A stretch of 64,000 bases of DNA from Octopus sinensis (Eukaryota), in NCBI RefSeq assembly GCF_006345805.1, contig NC_043012.1, forward strand, positions 28,334,001 through 28,398,000, read 5' to 3'. A program made the translations under genes and the position numbers. The notes beneath the pieces were generated by a model. It had not been told where the DNA came from and made no database searches. It saw nothing but the letters and a program-made list of their open reading frames with translations. Below are positions 12,501 to 26,485 of the stretch, piece by piece (position 1 is the stretch's first letter; each line of letters begins with the position of its first letter).

Positions 12501-15500
12501 TAATTGTGATTAAGTTTTTCAGCAGATTAAATTTTAAGTGAAATTGCTTCAGTTCTTGTGCAAAATGGAAGTGAATCAGCTTCTTAATACAGGCATTCTG
12601 TTACAGATACTGCTTTGAACACACATTGCTAGGCCTAATAAACTACACTTTTAAATTATAGTTGAATGATTAAGTTGAGATAAACAGCACATTAGGCTAT
12701 CTGGCCAACAGACTCACCAAAAATGAAAAAATAATACATAGTACAATATGTGTGACAGTTCACTATTGTAAAGTTTGTTTACATCTGTGTTCTGACATCA
12801 ACAAAGACATACAACTATGTATTAAATTTTTCAGATCATTAAATCTACATCACACATTCACATCAAAATATAAAGAAAAAATAAAATTGGCACAAATTCT
12901 TTAGACTGGAAGTGCTTTTAGAATGTTCCACTCTGATCTGCTTTCCCTTCATAAGTGACAGTTGGCCATGGATAACTTCCTTTTAAGCCTGTTAGCTTTA
13001 GTCAGATGTTCAGTTTTAGCTTTCCCAGATTTAAGGAGATAATTTCCAGACAATTTTGTTTCAGCAGACTTCTTTGTTCTTGTCATTCTTATGGCAAAGG
13101 TAACATGAACAGTTTTTAAGACAATCTTGAATGATCAGTTCTGGTCACATAGCAGTCCAACCATTGTGGTTGCATTCATTCAAAAAGTGTTTGACTGGTA
13201 AGAATTGGTTGAATGTGATTATTCTCCAGACAACATTAACCCAGCAAAGATATTCCATCTGAAATACTTCCAACATATCCAAAGCACTTTAAAGTAACAG
13301 CCATGATTCAGCACTATATAACACTTTCAAATTTTGGCACAAGGCCAGAAATTTCAGAGAAGGGGGTTAAGTCAATCACATTGACCCCACTATGCAACTG
13401 GTACTTATAACAACATGGGTAATCAACAAACATGAATTTGAATATTTAAAGAAATGTTCTGTTATTTAGAAACACCAATTTACAGTGATTAAAGGCTGAG
13501 GATGTTTGATATCTAATAATGAAACAATTTTGATTTCTTTGATATAAATTACAGGGTGTTTGTGCCAAATTTGACAGTTTTCATAAAAGGGAAAAACCCC
13601 CCACAATATCATTATCATCAACACAACAATAACATATAATGTCTGTTTTCCATGCTAGCATAGGCTGGACAGCTTGATAGGAACTGGCAAGGTTAGTATC
13701 TCAACCAAAAGTAAAAGTACTTTAAAAAATCAACTAGACTATGGCTGAAAGATAACAGTTTACTTAACATACTCATCTACAGCTTCCACCCCAAACTCAA
13801 GTCAGCTCAAGACCTGGAGCATGTATCCCTCACATCTTGATCTTGGCTATCAGTACAGCTTGGGTGTTTCAGGCAAAGCAGTTGGTGTCTTTGTCAACCG
13901 CAGCCCACAATAATCCATGGGATAACAATCGGGGGAATTAGGAAGCCAGAAACTGGAGTTGAAGTTGTAGAACTTCTGACAACCACTTTTGACTCTTTCC
14001 AAAGGTATGCAAGGAACGAGAATCTTGCTGCCACACATATGGCCTCCTCCCTACAGCAACTCTCTCCAATTTCCAACAGCTTTGCAGAGCCATCTGAATT
14101 GAGCTTCAGGTCTTGTTCAAAGATGTGGGGTAGCATGATATCACCCTCACTGGACATACATCCCAAGATCCAAACACTATCACAGAGTCTGGGGAACTTC
14201 ATTTTCCTGATCTGTGAGATATCATATGGATTATAGGTAAGTCACATGTTGTTCTGGATGTTGTGCAACTGGTCCTCGCAAAAGTTCTTTTCATCTGACA
14301 AAAACCAGATCACCTCCAGCCCAACAGCCCCCTGGCTGTCAGAATTTGTCCCTTGCAACTCTTGTATGAGTGGCAGCAAAGTTCGTCATTCAGAGCCAGC
14401 TTCATGGTGATAAGCCCAATACCCATCTCTCTCTCATTAAAGCCCAGACTTCCTTGCTCAGATCTTTCATCAAATTGTTCTGCAGTTGTTGCAAGAATTC
14501 TGGTGTGCAGATGCAGTCAGAATGATTGCTGACCACAGCTTCATAGTGTCCGTTGCAGCAGTCCACGCCATATCTTACAGGTTTTACAGTGTTAACAGAA
14601 CATTGAGCAGTAGTCAAGATGTCAACATTTTGATACCTAGCATGAATCATCATGATATAACTCTTTTCAAGATTCAGATGGCTTCCAGCCCTCCATGTCA
14701 GCTAACTTTTTCTCAACTACATCTTTAATATTTATGTTTTCCAACATCAAGTTGATCCTAAGAAAAGGAAACATTAAAAATGCTTAAATTTAGCCAAAAC
14801 ACAGTAATTTAAGATATTTAAATGCAATAACTGATTCCAGTTGTCCTGTGACTGACCAAAGTATCAACAATAACAAATATTTTGGTTATATTAGCATCGT
14901 TAAAATTGTAACTAAAATGTGAAGCAATATTCTGGGTATCTGAGAGGAGCGCCTTCGTTTTGCTGTTTGTATGAATGAAAGATGCACTGTCATCAATAAA
15001 TACAGGATTCACTCTGACCAAACTGTATATCCTTTTTGGAGTTGATCAAATTCTTCATTATCATAACAACAATAACATAGAATAACAGACACAAGGGGAA
15101 ACAACATTGTCTGATACATATTCTTGAGGGTGAACAATCTAGTCTAACACCTGGTTATTTGATCTCACTAGCTGAACCAAATAAGCCTCTTTCAGAAAGG
15201 ATTTTTATCAGCAAATATAATGACCAAAATAAACATAAAAATGTAATATTTATACTCAAAGACCTTAGATCCACCACAAAGTGTGTTGAATTTGATTTAA
15301 AAGTAGCTCATCACACTGGCAAGACAGTTTATATGTTAATACATGGCATGGACCCATTTACCCATATTTCCATTTACCTTAGAAATACAGATAAAAAAAA
15401 ATGCAATAAATGTATTTACTTTTCCAGAAATTTCAATTCCAATCTCATCCAGAACTTGGTTAACAATAGCATCTTCACCTTCTTCATCTCCTGATTCTGT

Positions 15501-18235
15501 GAAGATGTCATCAAGAGTGTCATTGACTGAAGAAGACAAAACAGTTGATAGATATGAATACAACAAGAACTGAGAATATAACAGAATTAAAAAAGAAAAA
15601 ACAAATTAACATCTTAAAATTAATATGGAGAGATGAAGCTCTCCACATCCATTAGTGACAAGAAACTAGTGTAACTTGTTAAAGCTTCAGCTGGAAGGAG
15701 ACAAGTTATGAATTGATTGGCTTCATTAGTTTCAATGTTTCAACATCAAAAATAAACACAGTCAAGTTAAATGCAGTGATTATGTTAGTAATAGGGGTAT
15801 ATCATGGTTACTGTTAGTAAAAAGTCATATTTGCCTTTTCATTACTTTAATATGTGATCAGTGCACAATTACAAGTAAAATATGTTATAGTTTAAGGTTA
15901 TAGAACAATTTATAAAGATAGGACAGAGAAATACGAGACAAAACTTCAGCGTAGAGCTTTTGTAATAGGGCATAAAAACCAACCAAAACGTGACATGCTG
16001 AATTATAGCCATCTTGAGCTAGTTTCAATTGCTGTGCCTATTTCCTTGATGGCTTTCTTCTGTTGCCTTGGTTCCAGGCCTATCTTCTGCACACTAATCT
16101 AGATGGAAAGCTGCAGCAACCGGCTTCCATTGGGAATGAGGCCACTTGCCAGCCCTTGACAAGGGCCTCGTCAACTAAATCCTGATCTTTTAATTAAGTT
16201 GAATTGCATATGAAATGCAGTGGAGTGTAAGTTTGATTTTAATTGACGAGAATTAATCAGTTTAGGTAAGGATTTGTTCTCATGATTAAGAGTATAATTT
16301 TAAATCATTAAAATTTCTTTGCTTACTTTATCGTGTATACAAGCACCCACTTAATACATTTCACATTGCATTAAGTGTACTGGCTAGTGATCCTGTAATA
16401 CCTGCTGATGATACAGAAGGGTTTCCAGCATTAGAATGGATTTAGAAGAGTTTGTAAAACCTTTGAGTAGCTCCTGCAATTACAGCATAGAGCAAAGCAT
16501 CTCTGATGATTATTTCACCTAGGGTTGCCTCCCCTGTCCTTTTCAGTATAACGTTCCTATCAAAAACTCCAATTTCCAGTTTCATCGTCAACATTTTCTA
16601 ATTGCATAGATACGGTTTTAAATGTATAATTCTTTCCTAAAAGTACAAAACATGATTACTATTAGAGCTTTCGGTTCCTTTCTCATGCTTCTTTGTATCA
16701 TAATGATTGCTTACATTGGCATAAGACATTGAATTTGAAGGGAACAGGGAAGCCCAATAAATCGATTTCAGTAAATGTTTTGTATTTATATTTATCAGTC
16801 CTGGCTAACTTGAACTCAGGATACAGAATGGCAAAGCTAAATATTATCAATATATATCATTAAATAAATCCCAGAACTTAATTGCATATATTAATCTCAG
16901 AAGAATGAAAAACAAAGTAATCTCAACATAATTTAAAATCAAAATGTAGATGAACATAATTAAAGATTTCGTCTGGCACTGTACCAATTCAGCCACTCCA
17001 TAAATTTCTATGTATTACTACTACTATTACTACTGCTTCGACCAGGAGTAGGAGGAAACTGTTCTTACTCATTTCTTCAGACATTTCCATCTTTGTGGAC
17101 TCTCGCTGAAAATCTTGCATCATTTTCATTGTCTTCTTTGGATCCATAACTTTGTTCATCTGAGTCATGGTCTGTGGAGAAATTGAGAAGGCAGATGTAA
17201 TGTTTGGTGAAAATTATTGTTGAGTAGCTCAATTATCTTTGCTCAAAAAGACTAACAAAGCAGAAGCAGCTGACCAAATAATTGTTTAACTGGCATTCAG
17301 AATGACTTAACAAATTCTTTTATTTGTTTCAGTCATTTGACTGTGGCCATGCTGGAACACCACCATTAGTCGAGCAAATTGACCCCAAGATTTATTCTTT
17401 GTAAGCCTAGTACTTATTCTATCAGTCTCCTTTGTCAAACCGCTAAGTTACAGGGACGTAAACACACCAACATCGGTTGTCAAGTGATGTTGGGGAGACA
17501 AACAGAGACGTGCAAACACCTGAACCCAGAACCATGTGGTTGGTAAGCAAGCTACTTACCACAGCCACTCCTGTGCCTATAAATATGTGGCATTTAAACA
17601 AGTTGAAATCCAAACTTGATTGCAGTATATTCATTTTATAATAGTCATTTCTTGCAACTTTAAAAAATGTAACAACTATATAGAACTAACCACACTCGAC
17701 TCAAGTAGTCTGGAGATGGTACGTTTCCTTTGTATCTCAGTCTGCTTTTGTATAACATGAATGTTGTTTAACCTCAAGTCAGTTGTGATTCAACAGATCA
17801 ATAATCAATGGCATTCCAGTCATAGCATCCTGTCTCCGTGAGGTACAGTATTTCAATGTTATCTAATATATTACAACTTCACACAGACTGTAGTGTAATT
17901 TTTTGAGAAAGCCACCTGCTCAAGAAAGCAGTTAAACAAGAAACCATTTAGAGGCTATCTCACTGTCTATAAAAAAGTTATAGGTAATTTCTAGTATCTT
18001 CATTTTCTGTGCATGTGATATGTATGTTTCTATTGTTGAGTATGATGTTTGGTTGTATAAGTGTAGGTTCTGGTTGCAACCACAGCAGAACCAGCCAAAG
18101 TAGACTCAATCAAAATAAGACAGCTCTTGTCCTTCATTGCCTATTTATGGTTGTGTGCATCCCAGAACAGTGTTTGATAACTAATGAGGTTATTGTTGCT
18201 GCCACCTCGATGAATATATGGTTTCTCTGCTCATC

Positions 18236-18295
<60 letters not shown>

Positions 18296-21200
18296 GAGAG
18301 ACAGAGGGAGACAGAGAAATGGTATTTTTAGAATATGTAGTAGTGTTCTGGGATTCTGTAGGTATGTCTGGTTGCTACAATTTGGAGCTGCTTTGGCAAC
18401 GAACTGTGCTCTTTACACATCCAAATTATGGAAAGGTAGTGTGGTAATAATCCATCTATTTATTATTTTTTATTATTGTATCATGTTAGTTAAGTTTAAC
18501 GCTTCTGCAAGGGTTCTGAGTGCATCTATGTGGATGCATTTAGTTGCATCTCGTGTTCTTTGATGCTCAGTAAGAAGGGAGATCAAAGATTTGCTAGCAG
18601 TGACTTTTTGCTTAGTTATGCCTGTAAAATGACACACGTTAAAACATATGAAATAGTGTATTTAGCTAAGGCTGTGTAGGAATAAGTTAAAGAGAGGGAA
18701 TGGGAGCAGACACTCGGGGTATAACCCATTTCCAAATTAGCAGTTTTAAACATTTTCTTGTGCAACATTTAGGCTTTTCAAATTGACAGACAATTTACTA
18801 GCATATAATTAATGTCACTTTTAATGAGTTTAGTATGATGCTTACAAATGGTAAATGTGGGAAAATAGTTGGAATTTTTACTGATGTAAATAGTTATTAG
18901 AAAATGTATGTTGTAAATAGTTGCTGAAGCTATCATATTTTTTGTGAGGCATTATTCTTTACCATTATTGAGCAGAGAAATTAACAGTGATTAACCCATA
19001 ACTTTTTTTTATGTTAAAAGCTTCCAGTAACAATAACTTTCTTAGAAAGATGGAGAGAAGGATAATGTAACTGAAGATGCAGTGTCTGAAAAAAGACAGG
19101 ATAAACACATAGCATCACAAGTCTTTCTAATTAGTAATGGCCCCGAACTGAACAACTATAATCTGCCTATCAAGTATAAAAATAACAAAAAGACATATAG
19201 AATGAATAAAATTAGAATAAAACTGGTGCTTACCTTTGTTGTAGTACCCATAGCATCAGCCATTTTGACACTGGAATGCATCATCTGGAAATGATGGAAG
19301 AAATAAATTCATTTACTCAGCTTCTTGCACTTTACCTTAGTGTTTTACACTCTTCTCAATTATGTCCCATCTTGAGGAAGATGAGGTCACCGCATATAAA
19401 GTAAAAGGTAGAAATAGGAGAGTATTGTAGTTTGCTTGAAGCATTGTACATTGTTTGTAAAGAATAAAGAGTTTTGAATGGTACAACAATGCACTATAAT
19501 ACAGACAATGGGTTATTAACACCTGTTGTAATTTAGTCATCCATAGTCTGATATGATATTTCGGAATAATATTCCTTCTTCAGATATTCTTAGATGGAGT
19601 CGCTAAGCTGTTAGGAATCTGAAGAAGGAATATTATTCTGAAATTCAGTGCAAGTTTTTTTTTTTGGTCTAAATGAGGGTTTTAACTCCCATTTCTAGCA
19701 GGTAGACACTTTGTGTCCTTATGATTAATGTAACTTTAATTCCATGGCTATATAATGCTGATTTAAGCCTGCAACCACCTATATTAATATTGCTGTTATT
19801 ATCAGCTTTTTTGCATTGCCTTCAATAATAATAACAATATCAATATCTATATAAATATTCTCTTCTGAATATTTTTGCCCCTTATATCATCATCGTCCGT
19901 TTTCCATGCTAGTATGGGTTGGACGGTTCAACTGGGGTCTGGGAAGCCATGGAGGCTGCACCAGGTTCCAGTCTGATTTGGCAGTGTTTCTACAGCTGGA
20001 TACCCTTCCTAACACCAACCACTCCGTAAGTGTAGTGGGTGTTTTTTACGTGCCACCGGCACAGGAGCCAGTGCAGGCTGGCAAACGGCCACGATTGGTT
20101 GGTGCTTTTACATGTCACCGACACGGACACCAGTCAGGCGACGCTAGTAACTGCTACGCTTGAACGATGCTTTTACGTGTCACGAGCACTGGTGTCTTAA
20201 CTACAATTACCATTCCAATTTTTGATGTTGACGAACTTGACTCAACAGGTCTCCTCAAGAACAGCGAGTCACTCTATGATCCAAGGTTGGCACAGCAGGC
20301 TGTCCTGCGAGCCATGAACTCACTTCATTTGTCAGGTCTTCGAAGTCACAGCATATCTCCAGAGGTCTCAGTCTTTTGTCATAGCCTCTGTGAGGCTCAA
20401 AGTACGAAGGTCATGCTTGACCACCTCGTCCCATGTCTTCCTGGGTCTACTTCTACCCCGGATTCCTTCAACAGCTTGGGAGTGGCACTTCTTCACACAT
20501 CTCTCCTCATCCATCCATAGTACATGACCATACCAGTGCAGACATCTCTCCTGCACGCTGCATCCAATGCTTCTTATACCCAACATTTCTCTCAGGACGC
20601 TTACACTCTGTCGTGCATGGACACTGACATTACACATCCAGCGGATCATGCTAGCTTCATTTCTTTCAATCCTCCGCAGTCACAACCCACGTTTCACTGC
20701 CATGAAGCATGGCAGTTCGCACACATGCATTGCACAACCTACCTTTCACTCTGAGTGAGAGACCCTTTGTCGCCAATAGGGGAAGAAGCTTCCTAAACTT
20801 TGCCCAAGCTATTCTTATTCTAGTGGTAACGCTCTCTGAGCATCCACCCCTGCTACTAACTTGGTCACCTAGGTAGCAGAAACTATCAACTACTTCTAGT
20901 TCCTCCCCAATGAGTGTAATGGAATCTGTTTTCTGAGTATCAATGGTGTCAATTGCCCCTGTGCATCTGCCGCACATGAAAGCTATCTTCTTGGTTAATT
21001 TTCCTTTGATATTGCTGCACCTCTCGTGTCCATATCTTACACTGGTTACATCTTATGGAGTTTCTACCTACACCTTTTCTACAGATCGAGCAGGGCCACC
21101 TACCTGAAGGGGTGTGTGGTGAGTTTGCCTTCCTACTTACTAGAACTTTGGTCTTTGCTACATTGACTCTAAGGCCTTTTGATTCTAAACCTAGCTTCCA

Positions 21201-21986
21201 CACACGAAATTTCTTCTCTAGTTCCGGTAGCGATTCTGCTACAAGGGCTAGGTCATCGGCATAGAGGAGCTCCAAGGGACAACCCGTCTTAAATTCCTCC
21301 ATTATTGCCTGGAGGACTATGATGAATAGAAGGGGGCTGAGGGCTGAGCCTTGGTGGACACCAACTTCTACCCTGAATTCTTCACTGTACTCATTGCCAA
21401 TTCTAACCTTACTACTAGCCTCTCTGTAGAGAGCTTGTACAGCCCTTATTAACCATTTGTCAATCTCCAGTTTCTGCATCGCCCACCAGATAAGGGATCA
21501 TGGGACCCTATCAAAGGCTTTCTCCAAGTCCACAAAAGCTAAGTATAGGGGTTTATCTTTGGCTAGGTATTTCTCCTGCAGTTGTCGAACCATGAATATG
21601 GCATCAGTGGTGCTTCTGCCAGGCACTTGAAAGTGAATATACTAATTGTTGTTGTATTCTGTCATTGGATAATTCTCATGTGCCCAATGAACAGGGGGGG
21701 GGGTTCACAGCAACACCAGCACCTATTCTGGCACTGTCTTTCCATTGATCACTGGCAGAGAGAGAGGAGTCGCTGCTATCACTAGTGTTCAATCATCTAT
21801 CATTGACAAGACCAACGGTCAAAATCATGTAACCTGATGGTCTCAGCAATGGATGTGCTTGGCATTTATACCCCTGCAAGCAATATAAACAAGAGTGCAT
21901 TTTGCACAAAAGGCCAAATTGAGAGTTTCTCTCATGATATCTGCCACAGTATAGTTTATTCTAACAGAAGATCCAATGGGGGATTA

Positions 21987-22017
<31 letters not shown>

Positions 22018-25000
22018 TATGTGCTCTCTCTCTCTCTCTCTCTCGTGTTATGGCATATTCATGCCTTTGACGAATCATGGCTTGTTCCTCCTCCATTTAT
22101 TTCTGTCTCTTGCAACATCACCCAGGTCGTTTTCACTCTGCAGCTTTGAGTCTCTTCTCCATGACTTTGCTTATTGTCCAAGACTTACATCCATACGTTA
22201 GCACCGACCAGATGTAGCACTTTGATAGTCTTTTCTTGACTTCCATTCCAATTCTCTTTCCACATAAAAATGCTCCTCATATCCATAAGTCTTCTTTGCT
22301 AATCCAATTCTGCACCTGATGTCCTTATCTGACCTTCCATCTGATGCAATCCAACTTCCTAGATATATGAAACTGTCCTTCTGGCTCCATCCCATTTCCA
22401 TTCACCATCAAGCGACATGCAAGTACCTGTGCTTTCTTGGTACAGACCTCTGGCAGTTAATCATCAATCCAAACTTTACACTCTCCTCAGTCACAATATC
22501 AATCAATCCCTGAAGCTTCTCTGCAAACAAAGCCGTATCATCAGCGTGCCTCAGATTGTTATAATTCCTTTCCTTAAGTTGTAGCCCTGCAATTGTCTTG
22601 ATCTTGCTTAGAGCTTTCTCACTATACGTGTTGAATGCATGTACTAAATTCTGTTTGTCCTGAAAGAAAGAAAGAAAGGAAAAATGGAAGGAAAAGTAAA
22701 GACTGATACTCTAGCCATGTGATGCATTGCTGAATGACAGCTTGGAGGATATGCCAACTCACAACTTTCATATATGAAATGATGCGAAGCTGACCCACTA
22801 ATTCCATATTCACTTCAAAATCATTAAAAATAACTGAATATAATCAAATTAATTTTCACCTGAGTATTTGCAAATGAATCTATAATGTGGATTCAATGGA
22901 ATAGTAATCTATATTATATATACAGCAAAAAAATTTATTCTGACTTACTTTCTGTTGACTTCCAATAGCTTGGACTCTTGAACCAACTGTAATATTTTTG
23001 TTCTTTTGTTTACGTAGCGCTATCAACTGCTTTGCAAGAATACCTGCAGCCTGAAAGAGGGTGTTTAGAAAAATTTTAGAAAATGTACTGCTTTGAAATA
23101 AATGGGTACTGAAAATGTTTTTCAGCAATAGAAATATTCTAAAGCCCTGAAGTTCTTCTGGTCAAATTCTATTTCAGTTTCATGCAATAAACACGTAAGT
23201 GTAATCCTTATTATAATTTTTGAGAAATCTGTCTGCCTGTAACATAACTTCATGTCCAGTTGCACCCTCTCCCTGCCTCAAGCTCTCCATTTTTGTTTGT
23301 ATGTATGTAAGTACAAGCTTAATCTGTTGATAGCCATGAAACATTTTTGTCAAATTTCAGTATTTTTCAAAAAATTTAAATCTATAATAATGGGTCGGAC
23401 CAATTTGATGAAAATATGAGCAGAGTCTGGTAGTAAACCTGTGTTGTTGTCATTTTTGTGAATGTGCGTAAAATGGTGAAATTTTACGCTTTGGGGTAGA
23501 TTTCACCAAATTGATGTCATGATGGCTAGTGCACAAAATGCCCAAATTTTACATCATCATCGTTTAACGTCCACTTTCCATGCTATCATGGGTTGGACGA
23601 TTTTGACTGAGGGCTGGCGAACCAGATGGCTGCACCAGGCTCCAATCTTGATCTGGCAGAGTTTCTACAGCCTGATGCCCTTCCTAATGCCAACCACTCT
23701 GAGAGTGTAGTGGGTGCTTTTTACATGCCACTGGCACGGGGGCCAGTCAGGCGGTACTGGCAATGACCTCGCTCGAATCTTTTTACACATGCCACCGGCA
23801 CATGTGCCAGTAAGGCGACAATTAATTAAAAAAAACGAGGATAAATAAACCTTACATTTGATGGAGTAATTTGAATGCTAAAGGGTTAAAAATTGTTCTC
23901 AATAAAACAGTAAATGTTGTTATCTGGGAAGACATTTCTAGTTTTGGCATCTGTCTTTCACAGAAGATATATATTCATTGAAAGAGGTTTAAGAGAAATA
24001 TTATCTAGCTTGCTACAATGTCTTTAGTTATAGCTAATATTTTGTTAATGTATTTTTGAAAAATCGATGTTGATTAAAAATTGATTTTTAAAAAATTCCA
24101 AGTGCATAAGTGACTGCATGGGCATAAGCCCCTCCCCACAAGTGTCAAGTTTCATCAAGGTCTGTTGGATAGTCTTGGAGGAGTTAAAGTAGCAAATTCA
24201 CAAACACGCAAACTTGCCATCTATTATTATAGATGTATGTATGTATGGATAGATGGATGCATATATATATTTGTTTTTCTCTTTCTCGTTTTAATTCAGA
24301 ATAAATTTTGATTGGCCACTTGTTTTAACAATCATCCTTTAGGTCTTACAGATTTTTATAGTACCAGATGTCATGATCATTTGAAGTGCATTCTCTCCAC
24401 AAGATCCCAAGTTCAGTCACACTTTGCTCCAGACTGGCTGGTATGCATCCTCTTACTCCAATAATAATTACTGGAAAATGGCTGAATGGATTTTCACCAA
24501 ATTTGGCAGAAATACTCAATAAGTGAATGGCTTAAAATGATGAAAATTTGGTTTGATTATCTTCAAACATTTATAAATACATACATAGATATGCAACTGC
24601 GTGTGTATGTGTGTGTACAGTGATGGATTCAAGGTTTTCATTTATTAATGAGTTGATTTCTTAATGCCACCGGAGTATAAATACCTATAATGGTGAGACA
24701 CTTCTCAAATTCTATGCAGTATTTTCTATTAGTATTTCATTTTGTTCACTTTCATTTTCTTAGGAATCAACCCTTGTCTGCATGTGTGTAGATCATAGTG
24801 TACCTATTGTGGGTATATACAGGGGTTGGACAAAATAATGGAAACACCCAGCATCATAATTTTGAAATATCTATAAATCGTCAAAAGCTTGTTTATTTTT
24901 GTTTTTTGATTTATTATTAGTGTTGCTTAATATGTTTTGCTAAAATTGCTGTTTCTTTTCAGATACCATCAGAAAAAGGTAATTCATTAAAATGCCAGGT

Positions 25001-26409
25001 CTATCAGACTTTCAAAGAGGTCAAATTGTTGGTGCTCATATGGCAGGTGCGCTAGCATAACAAAATCAGATGAAATGTTTGGTGCATCAAAAAGTACTGT
25101 CTTGAAAGTAATGACAGCCTTTGAGAAAGAGGGGAAAAAAACCTCCTCGTCGAAACAAAACTCTGGAAGAAAACCAAAACTTACAGATAGGGACTGTTGG
25201 ACTCTTATGCGAATTATTAGAAAGGATCACAAAAGTACAGCTCCCAAAATTACTGCAGAGCTTAATGACCACCTCAAGAACCCAGTTTCCACAAAAACTG
25301 TTTGCCGGGAGCTGCACAAAGCCAGATTTCACAGGAGGTCTGCTATCAGAAAACCACTACTTTCAAAAGCAAACGTTGCAAAGCATTTAGAGTGGAGTAA
25401 AAACCTACAGAATTGGTCCTAGAGCAGTGGAAGAATGTTATTTTCTCAGACGAGTCATCCTTTGCCTTATTTCTGACCACTGGCCAAGTATATGTGTGGG
25501 AGACAGCTAAAAGAAGCATTTGACCCAAACTGCCTTCTTCCAACTGTTAAACATGGAGGAGGATCCGTGATGATCTGGAAATCCGTCGGCCCAATGGTTT
25601 CCCTTCATGGCAGAATTAATAGTCAAGACTATTTAAGCATTTTATCTGATCAAATTCATCCTATGGTTGCAGAACTGTTCCTGGAGGGAAACACAATCTT
25701 TCAGGATGATAATGTACCAATTCACACAGCTAAAGTTGTTACTGAATGACACAAGGAACACTCTAGTGAAGTTGAACATCTTATCTGGCCACCACAGTCC
25801 CCAGATCTCAATATCATGAAACATTTATGTTGTATTTTAGAAAAACAAGTAGGGGGTCGATATTCTCCACCATCATCACTACAAGAACTGGAGACTGTTT
25901 TAGATGAAGAATGGACAAAAATTCGTTTGGAAATAATTCAAAGTTTGTACGAGTCCATACCTCATAGAATTCAAGCTGTAATTACTGCCAAAGGTGGTCC
26001 TACCCCATATTAAAATAAATTTGTTTGAAATTTGAAGGTGTTTACATTATTTTGTCCAACCTCTGTACATACATAAATACATACATAGATATGTGACTGT
26101 GTGTGTGTGTGTATACAATAATGGATTCAAGGGTTTTGTTCATTTACGAGTTGATTTCTTATCACCAGAGTATAAATACCTATAATGATGATACTTAAAA
26201 AAAAAAAAAATCAGTTCAATTAAAAAGCATGGGTAGGCAACACATTGTAAGCCACACTATAAATTGTGGATACATTTATCTGTGTAAAGGGTAAGCATCA
26301 CCTCTCTGATGCCTTTTTTACATTTTTAAGTTATGACAAATAGATTTTACTAATGCTCCTTGGGGATGGGTCTGTATCGACCCTCATCTCCTGCCTCTCT
26401 TCAATGTGT

Positions 26410-26485
<76 letters not shown>

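Noticed and set aside
11690-13320. Possible further LINE or transposase remnants (also 15900-16650 and 58850-59400)
   Set aside because: They look TE-derived, but I could not read a diagnostic motif, so they are not annotated.
18009-18563. 184-aa ORF with an ERERER run
   Set aside because: It lies antisense within CHMP2B intron 5, is held open by (GA)n, and has no domain.
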